Notes under the pieces: generated by a model | What the model was told of the DNA's origin: nothing | What the model saw: only the letters and a program-made list of their open reading frames with translations | The model's database searches: none | Shown: positions 1-10,700 of the stretch, one piece after another | How the letters are laid out: every line of letters begins with the position of its first letter | Position numbering within the stretch: position 1 is the stretch's first letter | Made by a program: the position numbers and the translations under genes | Assembly: GCA_008369845.1 (NCBI GenBank) | Contig: MRSU01001222.1 | Location: forward strand, 1-34,050 | Length of the DNA stretch: 34,050 bases | Reading direction: 5' to 3' | Source of the DNA: Trichomonas gallinae | Taxonomy: Eukaryota

Positions 1-122
1 ATTGTTGTGAAGGTGTTTGTGAAGATTTCTGTTTCTTCTGTCTTAGCTGTGCCTGTTGCGCGCTGGATGGAGTTAACGCCAAGCTTGGCCTGTTCCTTTG
101 TCTTCTCCCAGAATGCTTTCAT
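1..122 (-). CDS. 5' fragment of a gene running off the left edge (MKAFWEKTKEQAKLGVNSIQRATGTAKTEETEIFTNTFTT...); N-terminus loosely resembles N-BAR domain proteins
   Basis: Reverse complement gives ATG at 122-120 and an open frame to the window edge, with C-ending codons typical of well-expressed genes here. A TCATT initiator-like element sits at 134-130. The BAR resemblance is weak inference from 40 residues. Confidence 0.7.
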   Translation of the reverse strand, partial: MKAFWEKTKEQAKLGVNSIQRATGTAKTEETEIFTNTFTT

Positions 123-129
123 TCTAAAA

Positions 130-134
130 AATGA
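130..134 (-). promoter_or_regulatory. Initiator (Inr) element TCATT of the left-edge gene
   Basis: Minus strand reads ...GGTTCATTTTTTAGAATG, a TCAY(T/A) match a few nt upstream of ATG, the usual trichomonad Inr position. Confidence 0.6.
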
Positions 135-834
135 ACCAATTTTTATATCGTCAGGTCACATCACTTATGATATAAACCCAAATCTCTCAATTTTGAATAG
201 CTTTCTTTTTATTGCATATTTAGAACTTATATGTCTTATACATTACGAAAGTCACATTTTTTGAAAACCCTTGCATAAAAAAGACATACTCGTAATTTTT
301 TAACTGTATATTAATATTCTATGCATAGTATTGTACTTATATTTCGACTTAAATTTAAAAAATAAGGCATTCCGATCAAATTTCGGGAAATACTGACATT
401 GTAAAGTGTCAAAAAGACCATTGAAATTAATTTGACATGTAACGATTTAAATATGTCATGTAACGTGAAATAAAGATTGTTCATTAAAATTACAATTTAT
501 TCAAGCGAGAAGTTAATGGGCGATTGTTTAATATAGAGTTTTGCCTAGACAACATTTTCAGGAGCTTTGAAAATGAAATTAGCGATTTAAAAACCATAAT
601 TTCTTGAAGATTTCATCAAAGCTGTTTTGTTGGATTTTTTTTTTTTGATAACTCTTCTAGGAACTGTGAGAAAGAAATTGGCAACTTTATGACCATATGT
701 TTTGATTTAGTTTGGATATTCCACTAGAAGTAGGTCGAGCAACAGAATGTTAGGTAAATTTTAGAAACATGTCAGATTTCCCTCAAATTTGACATGTAAA
801 TTATCATGTTCGCGACTAAAATTTGCTGCAATAA

Positions 835-842
835 AAAGTGAC
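835..842 (+). promoter_or_regulatory. AAAGTGAC upstream motif (T. vaginalis 'M2'-type)
   Basis: Exact AAAGTGAC about 190 nt upstream of the ATG at 1032. The same octamer recurs at 5419-5426 and three times at 30005-30059. Confidence 0.5.
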
Positions 843-1031
843 AAATCTTTTACTTTGACCCAGTTTTTCTCAGAAAATAAACGCTTTTATAGACTAAAAT
901 CTTGAATAATATTATATATAACAAGTATAATATTGATACATTTATTTTTTGAAAAAATCGGCTATTTTGGACTTTACAAAAAAGTGCCAAATAGTTTACA
1001 AAATAATCGTTTTTCTCGTTACTTGAATTGG

Positions 1032-3794
1032 ATGAGTGACGACGAACCGGATTTAGTTGTAGAAACCTCCGATGAAAACCATCCAGCGCTTGTGATACTT
1101 ACGAACCTGCTCGAGAGTGGTCAGATTACGCAGGATGTCTTCAATACAATGACATTTAAATTCAAAAAATTGCATCAAGCATTTACACAATCATGTTCAA
1201 CAGAGCAAATATTGCTACGTCGCACAAGAGAGTTAAATAAGGAGCTCAAAGCCCAAAAAAACACAATTCAAAATTCAGCTGCTCAACAAGAAGAGCATAG
1301 AACAGCTTTGACAGCACTGCGCCAGCACGTTACTAATATCCAAGCGGAATTAGAAGCTACGCGTGAACAAATTGAACAAACACAGGCAAATACGAAAGTT
1401 AAACAAAAAGAAGCAGATAAACTTCAAGATAAGGTCGCGAAAGCTCGTGATGATAAAGAACTCAAACTTGAGCCACTTAAACGTCAAGTTCAAATAGAAA
1501 ATACAAATCTCGAACAACAAATTCAATTTTTACAGAAACAGATTGAATCATTAAAAGCCGAAGGACAAAGTTTACTCAACTACATCCAAGCCGACGAAGA
1601 TCAGTTAGTTGAATTAGAGAAAAAGAAAAGAGCTGCAAATCAGAAAATGTTTGAAGTCGGCGCCCAACCAAATAAAACACGCGCTAAAGCAAATGCTGTC
1701 GAATCTTCACATAATACAATGCTTACGGAAGAAAAAACGGCTACTTCTCAATGCATGCAATTAGAATCTACACTCCAGCAGCTCCATTCTCAAGCCCATG
1801 ACTTGGAAACAGAAAATCAACACATTCTTAATGATATTGATGGTATGGTTCTTGCAACAAACGACCTTAAAATGAAATGTGAAGATTTAAAGACAAAATG
1901 CGCTGAACAGACAAATACGAAGCAGCAGCGCGAATTTGAAAATCGTAAGATTCAAAAACAAATCACAGAGACAAATAAAGAAATTGCAATTGTTGAAGCA
2001 AAATTAGAAGTTGGCGCAAAAGACATCGTCAAGAAAGAAAAAGAAGCACAAAAACTAGAAGAAGCCATAGCAAACCAGATACTCGACAAAAAGTCCCTTG
2101 AAGGCCAATTAAATACATTAACTCAAGACATGCAAAAAGAAGAAGAAAACAACAAAAAGATGAAAGCACAATACGAAAAAGCCATGGCGGCAAGTCAAGC
2201 AGCCCTCCAGCAGATAGTTGCATTGGAGGGTGTTTCTACAGAACTCATGGCTGACATAAAGGCAGCCGTCCAAGACAAAGACAGAAAACAAGCAATCCAC
2301 GACCAGTTGTCGAAGAAGGAGCACGAAATCGAGCGCCAGCTGACTGAAGCCTCTTTGATTAGAGATAGAAAAGCAAGAGAAATGGCAGCGATGAAGAAGA
2401 AGACAGTTGACGCGAAGATACAAGCGAAAGAAGTCAACCTTGATTACTTGGATTTGTGCAGGAAGCAAGACATGATCAACCAGAAACTCCAGGAATATTC
2501 AGAGCTGTACGAGAAGGTCAAGCTCGACAGGAACAGATACGTTAACATCATACAGACATCGAAGCAGCTGATTGTCGAACTCAAAGAGAAAATCAGAATT
2601 TTAGATAACGAAGTCGAAGTTTTGCGAAAAGAATTCGAAGACATTGATGATGAAGTGAAACTAAAGAAGGCAGAACTCGACCAGGCATTCAAGAGAAGGA
2701 ACTCAACAAAGTCAGAACTCAAAAACGCGCAATTAAGAAACCAAGAACTCAACCAGAAGATCGACTTCCAGCAGAATGAAACAAGAAGACTCGAAAGAGT
2801 TCTCAGGAGCGTCGAAGTCGACATTAAACTCAAGCACAATGACTGGAAGAAGCAGACAGCATCTTGCCAGGATAAACAGAGAGAGCTGATTGACTCAGGA
2901 GACAAGATGTGCATATTGAGAGAGCAGCTCAACACTCACGAGAATATATTGAAGAACGGTGAAATCGCATTAAGAGAGCGCGAAGAAGAAACAAAGTTGC
3001 TTGGCTTAAGATTGGATGATATACAGAGGAGAATAGATATTATGTGCAGGAAGGTTCCTCAAGTCAGAGCATATGACACAGAAATTGCAGATCTCGACAA
3101 GCAGTTGGAGAGAGAAAGAAAGGATGTCGACGTCATCACACGCAAGCTCGAAAACCCAGACGAGCAGGCAAGACCGAGAAAGTACAACGGCAAGGACTTC
3201 ACTCTTGCTGAACTCGACAAGAAAGTCGCTACATACGAACAGAGAATCAACGAGAAAGGCCAGCAATTGTGGGAGAAGCAGATTTTGCTGGATGAAATCA
3301 ACCAGAAGATAGAAGTCCTCATGAAAGACAGCCAGAAAGACGTCTCCAAGCAGGATAAAGTCTTCAAGAAGGGCGGCGAAATGCGTGCAGAGTCTATGTC
3401 ATTGGATAGAAAGTACAAGGCTGCTTGCGCTGAAATGGCTTATTATGAAGGTATGAAGCAGGTTCTCGAACAAGAGAAGCAGGAAATCGTCGAAGAAAGA
3501 CAGCTCGCTTCAGATAGAACAGCAAGAGGCGAAGCATTCGATGAAACTGCACGTAAAATATTGCAGATGCACCAGAGAGATATAGAGAGCAAAGGAATGC
3601 TGAGGAAGAAGTCAGAGTTCGACAGCGATGACGATGATGAAGACAAGAAGCCTGTTTCTAGGAGATTCACCGCCTACAGGACAAGTGATGCGATGCTCAT
3701 GCCCTACGGAGCATTCCCGGCATTTGCTGCTGCTCCACCTTCAGGCCAGTTAAGACACTACAGGAAGGAAACACAGAGGCCAATCGAGTTATAA
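1032..3794 (+). CDS. CCDC146: CCDC146/MBO2-like flagellar coiled-coil protein (920 aa from ATG 1032)
   Basis: Almost entirely coiled coil. Contains YEKVKLDRNRYVNIIQ..ELKEKIRILDNEVEVLR (CCDC146/CFAP58 family block) and a C-terminal AY...PYGAFPAFAAAPPSGQLRHYRK...PIEL tail matching the CCDC146 C-terminus. The ORF-track start at 933 is TTG; the first ATG is at 1032. Confidence 0.8.
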   Translation: MSDDEPDLVVETSDENHPALVILTNLLESGQITQDVFNTMTFKFKKLHQAFTQSCSTEQILLRRTRELNKELKAQKNTIQNSAAQQEEHRTALTALRQHVTNIQAELEATREQIEQTQANTKVKQKEADKLQDKVAKARDDKELKLEPLKRQVQIENTNLEQQIQFLQKQIESLKAEGQSLLNYIQADEDQLVELEKKKRAANQKMFEVGAQPNKTRAKANAVESSHNTMLTEEKTATSQCMQLESTLQQLHSQAHDLETENQHILNDIDGMVLATNDLKMKCEDLKTKCAEQTNTKQQREFENRKIQKQITETNKEIAIVEAKLEVGAKDIVKKEKEAQKLEEAIANQILDKKSLEGQLNTLTQDMQKEEENNKKMKAQYEKAMAASQAALQQIVALEGVSTELMADIKAAVQDKDRKQAIHDQLSKKEHEIERQLTEASLIRDRKAREMAAMKKKTVDAKIQAKEVNLDYLDLCRKQDMINQKLQEYSELYEKVKLDRNRYVNIIQTSKQLIVELKEKIRILDNEVEVLRKEFEDIDDEVKLKKAELDQAFKRRNSTKSELKNAQLRNQELNQKIDFQQNETRRLERVLRSVEVDIKLKHNDWKKQTASCQDKQRELIDSGDKMCILREQLNTHENILKNGEIALREREEETKLLGLRLDDIQRRIDIMCRKVPQVRAYDTEIADLDKQLERERKDVDVITRKLENPDEQARPRKYNGKDFTLAELDKKVATYEQRINEKGQQLWEKQILLDEINQKIEVLMKDSQKDVSKQDKVFKKGGEMRAESMSLDRKYKAACAEMAYYEGMKQVLEQEKQEIVEERQLASDRTARGEAFDETARKILQMHQRDIESKGMLRKKSEFDSDDDDEDKKPVSRRFTAYRTSDAMLMPYGAFPAFAAAPPSGQLRHYRKETQRPIEL

Positions 3795-3809
3795 TTTTTA
3801 TTATTATTC

Positions 3810-3849
3810 TTTATATTTTGTTATCCATAAATTTTTATATTTTGTTATC
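3810..3849 (+). repeat. 16-bp direct repeat TTTATATTTTGTTATC x2 in the 3' region shared by convergent genes
   Basis: Identical copies at 3810-3825 and 3834-3849. Confidence 0.7.
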
Positions 3850-3933
3850 GAAACTGATTACATTTCAAAAACAATTTAATAATTTCCATTATTGAATTTT
3901 TATTATATAATGAAGCAAATCTGCAAGAAATTT

Positions 3934-5382
3934 CTATTGATTGTCTTCAGTGGATTCAAACATGCTTAAAAGTTTAGCTGCATGATCAGTGTCTGAGCTA
4001 TTGTCAATAAACTCATCAAGTGAATCATAAAAGTCTTCGTTGTTAAGAATTTCAAAAAGATGAGGAAAAATTGGAATCAAATTTAACATCACTTCACAGA
4101 AACTATTCATTATTTTCCTGTTATCTTCTATGTTTGTAACCACATCTATCATAGCAAGAATGATGTCACTTGTCATATATTTTTGGATGATTTCTTTAGG
4201 CGCTTTCATGAAATGAATCAAAAGAATACTAACAATTAAAACTCTTTCGTTAAATTGCACACCTTGAAGAAGCATAATAACCATCTCATTTATAATACCT
4301 GTTGTCTCGAAATATTCTCCATATTCATTGATGAAAATATAAATCATTTTCAATATAACATCTTTTGTTTCGTTGTTACCTTTTTCTAGTTGAATTCTGA
4401 TAATGATAGGAAATTCAGAATGTTTGAAGACTGTGATTTTCATTTTTTTATAATTTTCGAAATTAGCAAATCTGTAGAATAATTCAAAGATTGGTAGGAA
4501 AAGATGATCATCATTACCTTCATTTTTAGTAAGAATTTCTTTGTGAACTGAATATATTTGAAATAATTGATTATAAATATTGCGAGATAATAAAAAATCA
4601 CATCCTATTGGATAGCATGATAAGTATGATATAACATTGAGTGCAGTTGGTGTTATTACTTCATTATATGGAATTAAAAATGATATTACTTCAGAACCAA
4701 TGAGTGCTACAAATTCTTGCTCAAATTCATGATGATAATCAATAGTATGTTTTGAAAACAAATATAACAAGGCTTGAATATAAAGTAAAATTCCTTTGAT
4801 CAAATTTACATTACTTTGTGTTAAAAGCATCCGTAATAAATCGTGGGTGATGTGTTTATGAATATCTAAACGGAATTCTATGTTGATTTTGCGTTTATCT
4901 GACATTAAATTATATATTGCAGATAGAGCAACATATTGTGTATTACAAGTCCTAGAAACACATACTTTAGCTATTTCAATAGCTAAATTATAATGTTTAT
5001 CGTTAAATTCATGAATAAATATTCTTTCTGCGATATCAACCAAAATTTGTATAGTCTCATCCGAGATATCATGAATTTGAAACAGTGTAACTAATACTTG
5101 GAGGTATATTTCGTTTGAAATGTCGTTTACAGAAATATGTGGATTATTTATGAAGTATAATGATGATTTTAATAGTTTATTTATATCATCAATTTTGTCA
5201 GCCATAATATCTATTGTTCCATCTTCTTTTTCAACAATATACATGGATAGTTGCGTGATAATATTTTCCCATGATGTTAATGGACTTTTTTGTGCTAATA
5301 GACCTATATATTCATGATTATGAGCATTGTTTTTTGTGTGCATTATCCCTGTCGAATCATCTATTTTATAATCATCATACAT
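3934..5382 (-). CDS. Hypothetical protein, 482 aa, probably all-alpha (ARM/HEAT-like)
   Basis: Long ATG-initiated ORF in very AT-rich DNA with amphipathic Ile/Leu-rich helical patterning; no motif recognised. Confidence 0.75.
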   Translation of the reverse strand: MYDDYKIDDSTGIMHTKNNAHNHEYIGLLAQKSPLTSWENIITQLSMYIVEKEDGTIDIMADKIDDINKLLKSSLYFINNPHISVNDISNEIYLQVLVTLFQIHDISDETIQILVDIAERIFIHEFNDKHYNLAIEIAKVCVSRTCNTQYVALSAIYNLMSDKRKINIEFRLDIHKHITHDLLRMLLTQSNVNLIKGILLYIQALLYLFSKHTIDYHHEFEQEFVALIGSEVISFLIPYNEVITPTALNVISYLSCYPIGCDFLLSRNIYNQLFQIYSVHKEILTKNEGNDDHLFLPIFELFYRFANFENYKKMKITVFKHSEFPIIIRIQLEKGNNETKDVILKMIYIFINEYGEYFETTGIINEMVIMLLQGVQFNERVLIVSILLIHFMKAPKEIIQKYMTSDIILAMIDVVTNIEDNRKIMNSFCEVMLNLIPIFPHLFEILNNEDFYDSLDEFIDNSSDTDHAAKLLSMFESTEDNQ

Positions 5383-5418
5383 CCAAAAAATATAATTTTA
5401 TCAATGCATCACATCAAA

Positions 5419-5426
5419 AAAGTGAC
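5419..5426 (+). promoter_or_regulatory. AAAGTGAC motif in the divergent intergenic region
   Basis: Exact octamer 37 nt upstream of the minus-strand ATG at 5382. Confidence 0.45.
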
Positions 5427-6060
5427 ATAAAGCGCCCAAACTGATGAACTTTTAAATGAATCCACATCATTTTTGGCTTCGACTAAAACAGGAAATCATA
5501 TAAATTATTCATTTTATAGCTCAAAAATGAGGTCTTTGTCATATTATCACATTTAGGTTCTAATAGAAATGTTCCTATTACGCCGGATAATTCAACTAAA
5601 ATTTAGATCATCATTTTCATAATATAGAATACAGAGCCCATGTGGAAGCTAACACAAGAGAGCTCAGGAAATTGAATTTACCTCTTCAGAGATAATGATT
5701 CCCTGAGATTTTTTTTTAAAAAATAAATTTTTTTCCAATGAATCATTTCTACTAAATTAATTTGTAAGCATCATTTGTCAAATATCTAGATTTGCTAACA
5801 ATTTCCATAACGAAGTTTTGAGAGTTAATATTTTTAGATTGTTATCACTATATTTGGATGCATCTTTCTATGTATTAATATATTTTATAGGATAAATTTG
5901 TATAATGCATTATGATGAAAGAAATATCTAAGAATTTTTGTAGTTTTGAGAATTTGTGCTAAAATCATGATCTATAAGTTAATACAAAATGTTTGGTAAA
6001 GTTATTTTCGATCTATGTAAATTCCAAAAAGTGCGTTTTTAAAAAAAATTCTGTTATTAA

Positions 6061-7134
6061 ATGTCTCAAGTCCAAATTAATCCTTATAACGTTAGTGCTG
6101 ACCGCAAAGCCAAACGAGCTGGCTCTAACCAGAAGATTGAAGCGAATTCTACTGACACTTCGTCAAAAAGCAAACCAGAAGTTGAAGAAGAATCATCTTC
6201 ATCGAGTGACCGTCGCGGAAAAAACGAAATGCCACCGGTGCAGCCACCTCCAACAAAAGTAATATCGAAAATCAATCAAGATGACTCATCATCCGTTAAA
6301 AAAGGAAAAACTGTTAAAAAATCCGACAAAACTGCTACAAAAAAGAAATCAAATCGCAGCGCAGAAGAGGCAGCAATTGAGCCAGCACCAGGCTTAATCC
6401 TTGGCGCTGGTGACGACGACACACCGCAGGAAGATAAAAAACGTAAAAGGAAGAGGGTCAGAGAGAAAGGCTCTGGCGCTTCTAAGAAATCAGTCAAGAG
6501 GCGTGCGAAGAAGTCGAAAGGACCAAGTGATGCGGCTTCTTTTGCACCACAATTATCAAGATCAATTGAAAGATTCGATGATTCTAAATCTGTTGCAGTT
6601 AAACGTCGTCCTGTACTATCAGGATCATCAGAGCGTACGCCTCTTCAAGGAAATAAGAACCAATCAGGATTATCAAAATCACAATTCGCTTTTGATGCAT
6701 CTACAGTGCGTTCTAAATCGAAGAAGAATGATACACTCGATGATGCATATGTTACTATCCTTACAATCCCAACAGAAGCACCAGAACCATTACCAAAGAG
6801 TTCCTCGAAGCCAGCAGCATCTTCTAAGAAAGCAGCAGGCAAACTACCACCGCCAGTGCTTCCCTCTGTAAATGACCATGGTGATGGCTTAATGCCAATA
6901 GAAACTGTAGCAGAAACAATAGAACCACAGACAAATGTATTCCGCGCAGACAAGTATGACGGCGCTGTGAATCGCCGCAAACCTGGTCATGAGGCGGATA
7001 TGTCGCAGCCAGTAGCTGGATGGCTGAAGTTCCAAGTTCCAATTGTACCAAAACCAGATGATGTGCAATTCGAACGGCAGGCAACAAAGCAGTTCGATAT
7101 TTCAAGACTGCTTCATCAAGCAAAAACATGTTAA
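6061..7134 (+). CDS. Hypothetical Lys/Ser-rich, largely disordered protein (357 aa) with NLS-like basic clusters
   Basis: ATG-initiated ORF with KKRKRKRVREK and KKSVKRRAKKSK clusters. The stop TAA is followed by AAA, giving the UAAA trichomonad polyadenylation signal overlapping the stop. Confidence 0.75.
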   Translation: MSQVQINPYNVSADRKAKRAGSNQKIEANSTDTSSKSKPEVEEESSSSSDRRGKNEMPPVQPPPTKVISKINQDDSSSVKKGKTVKKSDKTATKKKSNRSAEEAAIEPAPGLILGAGDDDTPQEDKKRKRKRVREKGSGASKKSVKRRAKKSKGPSDAASFAPQLSRSIERFDDSKSVAVKRRPVLSGSSERTPLQGNKNQSGLSKSQFAFDASTVRSKSKKNDTLDDAYVTILTIPTEAPEPLPKSSSKPAASSKKAAGKLPPPVLPSVNDHGDGLMPIETVAETIEPQTNVFRADKYDGAVNRRKPGHEADMSQPVAGWLKFQVPIVPKPDDVQFERQATKQFDISRLLHQAKTC

Positions 7135-7753
7135 AAATAATTTTTCTCGTTTACTGTTTCTAAAATGGTGCTATTTTGTCGAGCCGTAGTAAGCTTAATA
7201 TCCACATGATACCTCGCAATTCTTCGCTTACACTACGATTTGCTAATTATCTACGATTTCTGCCAGTTTACATAATTTTTTTACAGACAGAGATGATAGG
7301 CAAACTTAACTTAATAGGATCACACATGTTTTCATTTGTAGAAATATTATTGTATAGGACAGGAAACATCAATGTACGTCATTAAATACGAATGTCGACA
7401 TATAATTTCTTGCCGAATATTAACCTTAAATACCGATTATTTAGACCAAACTTTACATGTCAAGAAAATTTTTCAACAAAATTGTAAATAATATAAAGTC
7501 ATCAATTTTCATTATTCGTATCCATATCACATCTATTGATACATTGCAGTATTATTAGCACTTATCATAATGATTCTTACTATATCATATGATATAGCTA
7601 TTATACGAAAAAGGATATGAGCTCTATTTATAATTCATTATTTTCGAGAAGAAGTTTCTGCATTATGTCATGTAAAATATAAATTGTTTTTGATTTGACA
7701 TGTAAAATTATTTGGCAAAAATCGCATTATTTTATATAAAGGATTTTGTTTGA

Positions 7754-10700
7754 ATGTCTTTGCTTCTACCACAGGAACTAATTGAATATTTAGCTCCTAC
7801 GGTATCACAGCTATTTAAAATTGATAAGTCACAAGCTGTCAACGAGCTGAAAGAATATTCTTCAGTTTTCGAGAAATTTGTGTCAAACAATTCGGAGCAA
7901 TACATTTTAATACAACAATCAGATCATCTTATGGTTTTAAACGCACTCGAAAATACAGGAAGTAGCGTATTATTTTGCCATAAGAACTCTGAGAAGCTCT
8001 ACAAATCAAAATTTCTTTCTAATTTAACAATCCTTCCAATACCATCAGATTCAATACTTTCAATCATGCAGAGCCTCGTTGGAAGGCTGTTTTTACCTCT
8101 TCTTCAAAATAAATCAAATCTTGACGATTCATTACAGAAAGATCTTTATGATAATTTATCAAACAGCAATATTTCGATGAGCAGGTGTCTCAGTAACACC
8201 AGATTCCCAGAGCCAATACTCGATATCGATGAAAAATTTTATAATATTAATGAAACAGTACCATTAACGCCAGAACAAGAGTCTCAAATTCTCACATCAA
8301 TTGAAAATTGGAAACTTACAGTCGATTCTATCATAATGGATTGCAAAAATCCTCCGAATTTTGAAAATTTACAAGAAGAAATTGGCTTTTGGCCTCTTAT
8401 TTCTTCACGAATCGAGCAAGTAATGCAACAAGTACAAACAATTTCGAATTCGAGATTGCCTGAGATCATTAAAAGCCATAGAAAACTATTTCCAGAAAAT
8501 TTGAATTCATTAAAATCAAACGAATTTTACAAGAATATCAGCAACTTTTCGGAACATTTAGGCAAATTTAACCTTTCGCTGTTTGAAAATGTTGATGATA
8601 TCAATAAAATCACGGATATGATAATCGAATCAACAGAATTCCTCCAACAAGAAATTTTTAGAGAGCAATCTTTCGATTTCAGATGCTTACCATTGTTTAA
8701 ACTGCTCAACAAAGAAATTCTCAAAAATTTACTTAATATTATCGCAAAATCTGATATTTTAAGGAAATCTTCAGATGACTTTGAGGCCATTTTAATGGAT
8801 ACTCAGAGCATTGTTGAAATTTGGAGGGACCAAAACAAAGCAATCATCGAAATTCCTAATTTATCAAATTACAAGCATGAACTCAACATTGAACGCAGCG
8901 ATATTGATAAGAAATGCAACAATATTATCGCTCTTATGAAACAACTTAAAGAATCGAAAGAAAATTATCATGCCTTCTTCACAGCTCTTAATAAGCATCC
9001 AGAGGTTGCAACAAATGATATGAAGCTCAAATTGCAGAACGCTTATGAACAATTAAGCAACAATATCACTTTCGAAATTTCGAAAGAAGGAATTCAGAAG
9101 AGAAATACAGTAATATACGAATATAACCAAGCTATTGAAGCAGTTGAAGCTGAAATTGCAGAAGTTATATCAACAATGATCTCCAATATTAAAGATTTAC
9201 TTGGAATGCAAGAAATTTTCATCAAATATAAAGAAATGGTCACAAGGCCAACGATCCAATCATACTTAATCAAGAACCAGCACGACTTTGTATCATCAAT
9301 TGAAGATCAAATCGATCTTCTTAAAAAAGATTTCGAAAATTTCACAAAACAAAACATTTACACTTATTTATTCCAAAAAGGCATATCAACAGATGGCGTC
9401 CGCTTAATTATCATCAAGAGAATCGAAACTCGCCTCAACAGATTTAAGCAGATGCTTGTTGACGTCGTTGGAACGAACTGGGAGAACTTAAACATCTGCC
9501 AGAACCTCGCGACAAGTGTCCATGAAATCGAAAAGAAGATCAGCAACGAAAGCGACTTATCGAAACTCGAAGAAATGTTTCACAGCAAGCCAGATACTAT
9601 CGGCCAGTCGATTTTCACAACAGAAAAACGCAATGGAAAACAATCTCTCACTGTCAAATATTCTCAAAAGTATTCTAACACAATTAGCACGTATAGGACT
9701 GCCAAACAACTCGGTCTTCCATTTGACCAACGCGCAGTTGAAAATATCGAAACATTAATAAGAAGCTACAACAGATATGTGCAGTTAAACGAAGCAATAA
9801 TCATGTGGAATTCCATCATTGATTTCACAGACAAAGATGTACTAAAGTTCTCCGCGGAATATTTGTCTGACATCTACAACTACATCAAAGATGGATGGAA
9901 GAAACAGTGGGATACACCAAAACTCGATGATTTCATTTTAGAATTCACACAGTCGATTATCTTCTTCAAGACTGATCTCGCTAAATACAGAAAGATCAAT
10001 GAAACTATTTGTTCATATGTCGAGAAAATTGGCCAAACAGATGATTCACAGCAAATCATAGAATATCTTGGTGAAATTCTTGTTTTGGTTGAACAAAAAT
10101 TGTTCCCGAACACAAAATTCAAGAACAAAGAATTGTACTGCGAACAGTTGAACCACAAAATCGCAGAACATCTCAAAGCCAAGATCGACAAAACATTCAT
10201 GTTCTGGGACGAAAAACTCTCTAACAATCAGCCAATTGGTAATAATGAAGTTATCGTCATCAAAGTGTCACTTTCAACATCAAATCAAATCGTTTTCTCC
10301 CCACATTATGACCAGATTCATCCGATGTTGAACAGGATCTTCACGGAGACAATCAACAACTATCTCCCACAGCTCGAGTTTTTGCAGTTCCAGGATTTGA
10401 TCGAAACGAAACAAGTTGATACAATTTACGATCATTTCGAGAAAATCTCAGAAAAAGTCGCCAAGTCTGTAAATAACTGGCACAAGTATCAGTTCTTCTT
10501 CTCCAATGAACCATCAGTCATCAACTACGAAAACTCAATCGCCAACTGGACGAGTTTCCTTGAGATGTTAGTCAGTGTTTACAGCGGCGTTAAAAGCATG
10601 TCTCCGAAGGACCATTTCGGATGTGTTATGATTGATGCAACTAAATTACATCCAGAGATATTGGAGAGACTCACACTCTGGCACAAGGAAATCGCCAAGA

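Noticed and set aside
7..264. Plus-strand 85-aa ORF
   Set aside because: Non-ATG start, antisense to the better-supported minus-strand gene, and runs into AT-rich intergenic DNA.
933..1031. N-terminal extension of CCDC146 from TTG 933 (likewise TTG 26589 and GTG 30027)
   Set aside because: Eukaryotic locus; the extensions have intergenic composition and overlap promoter motifs, so the first ATGs were used.
5648..5660. GCTAACACAAGAG resembling the trichomonad intron branch/3' splice motif
   Set aside because: Imperfect match, no suitable 5' splice site, and no flanking exon ORFs.
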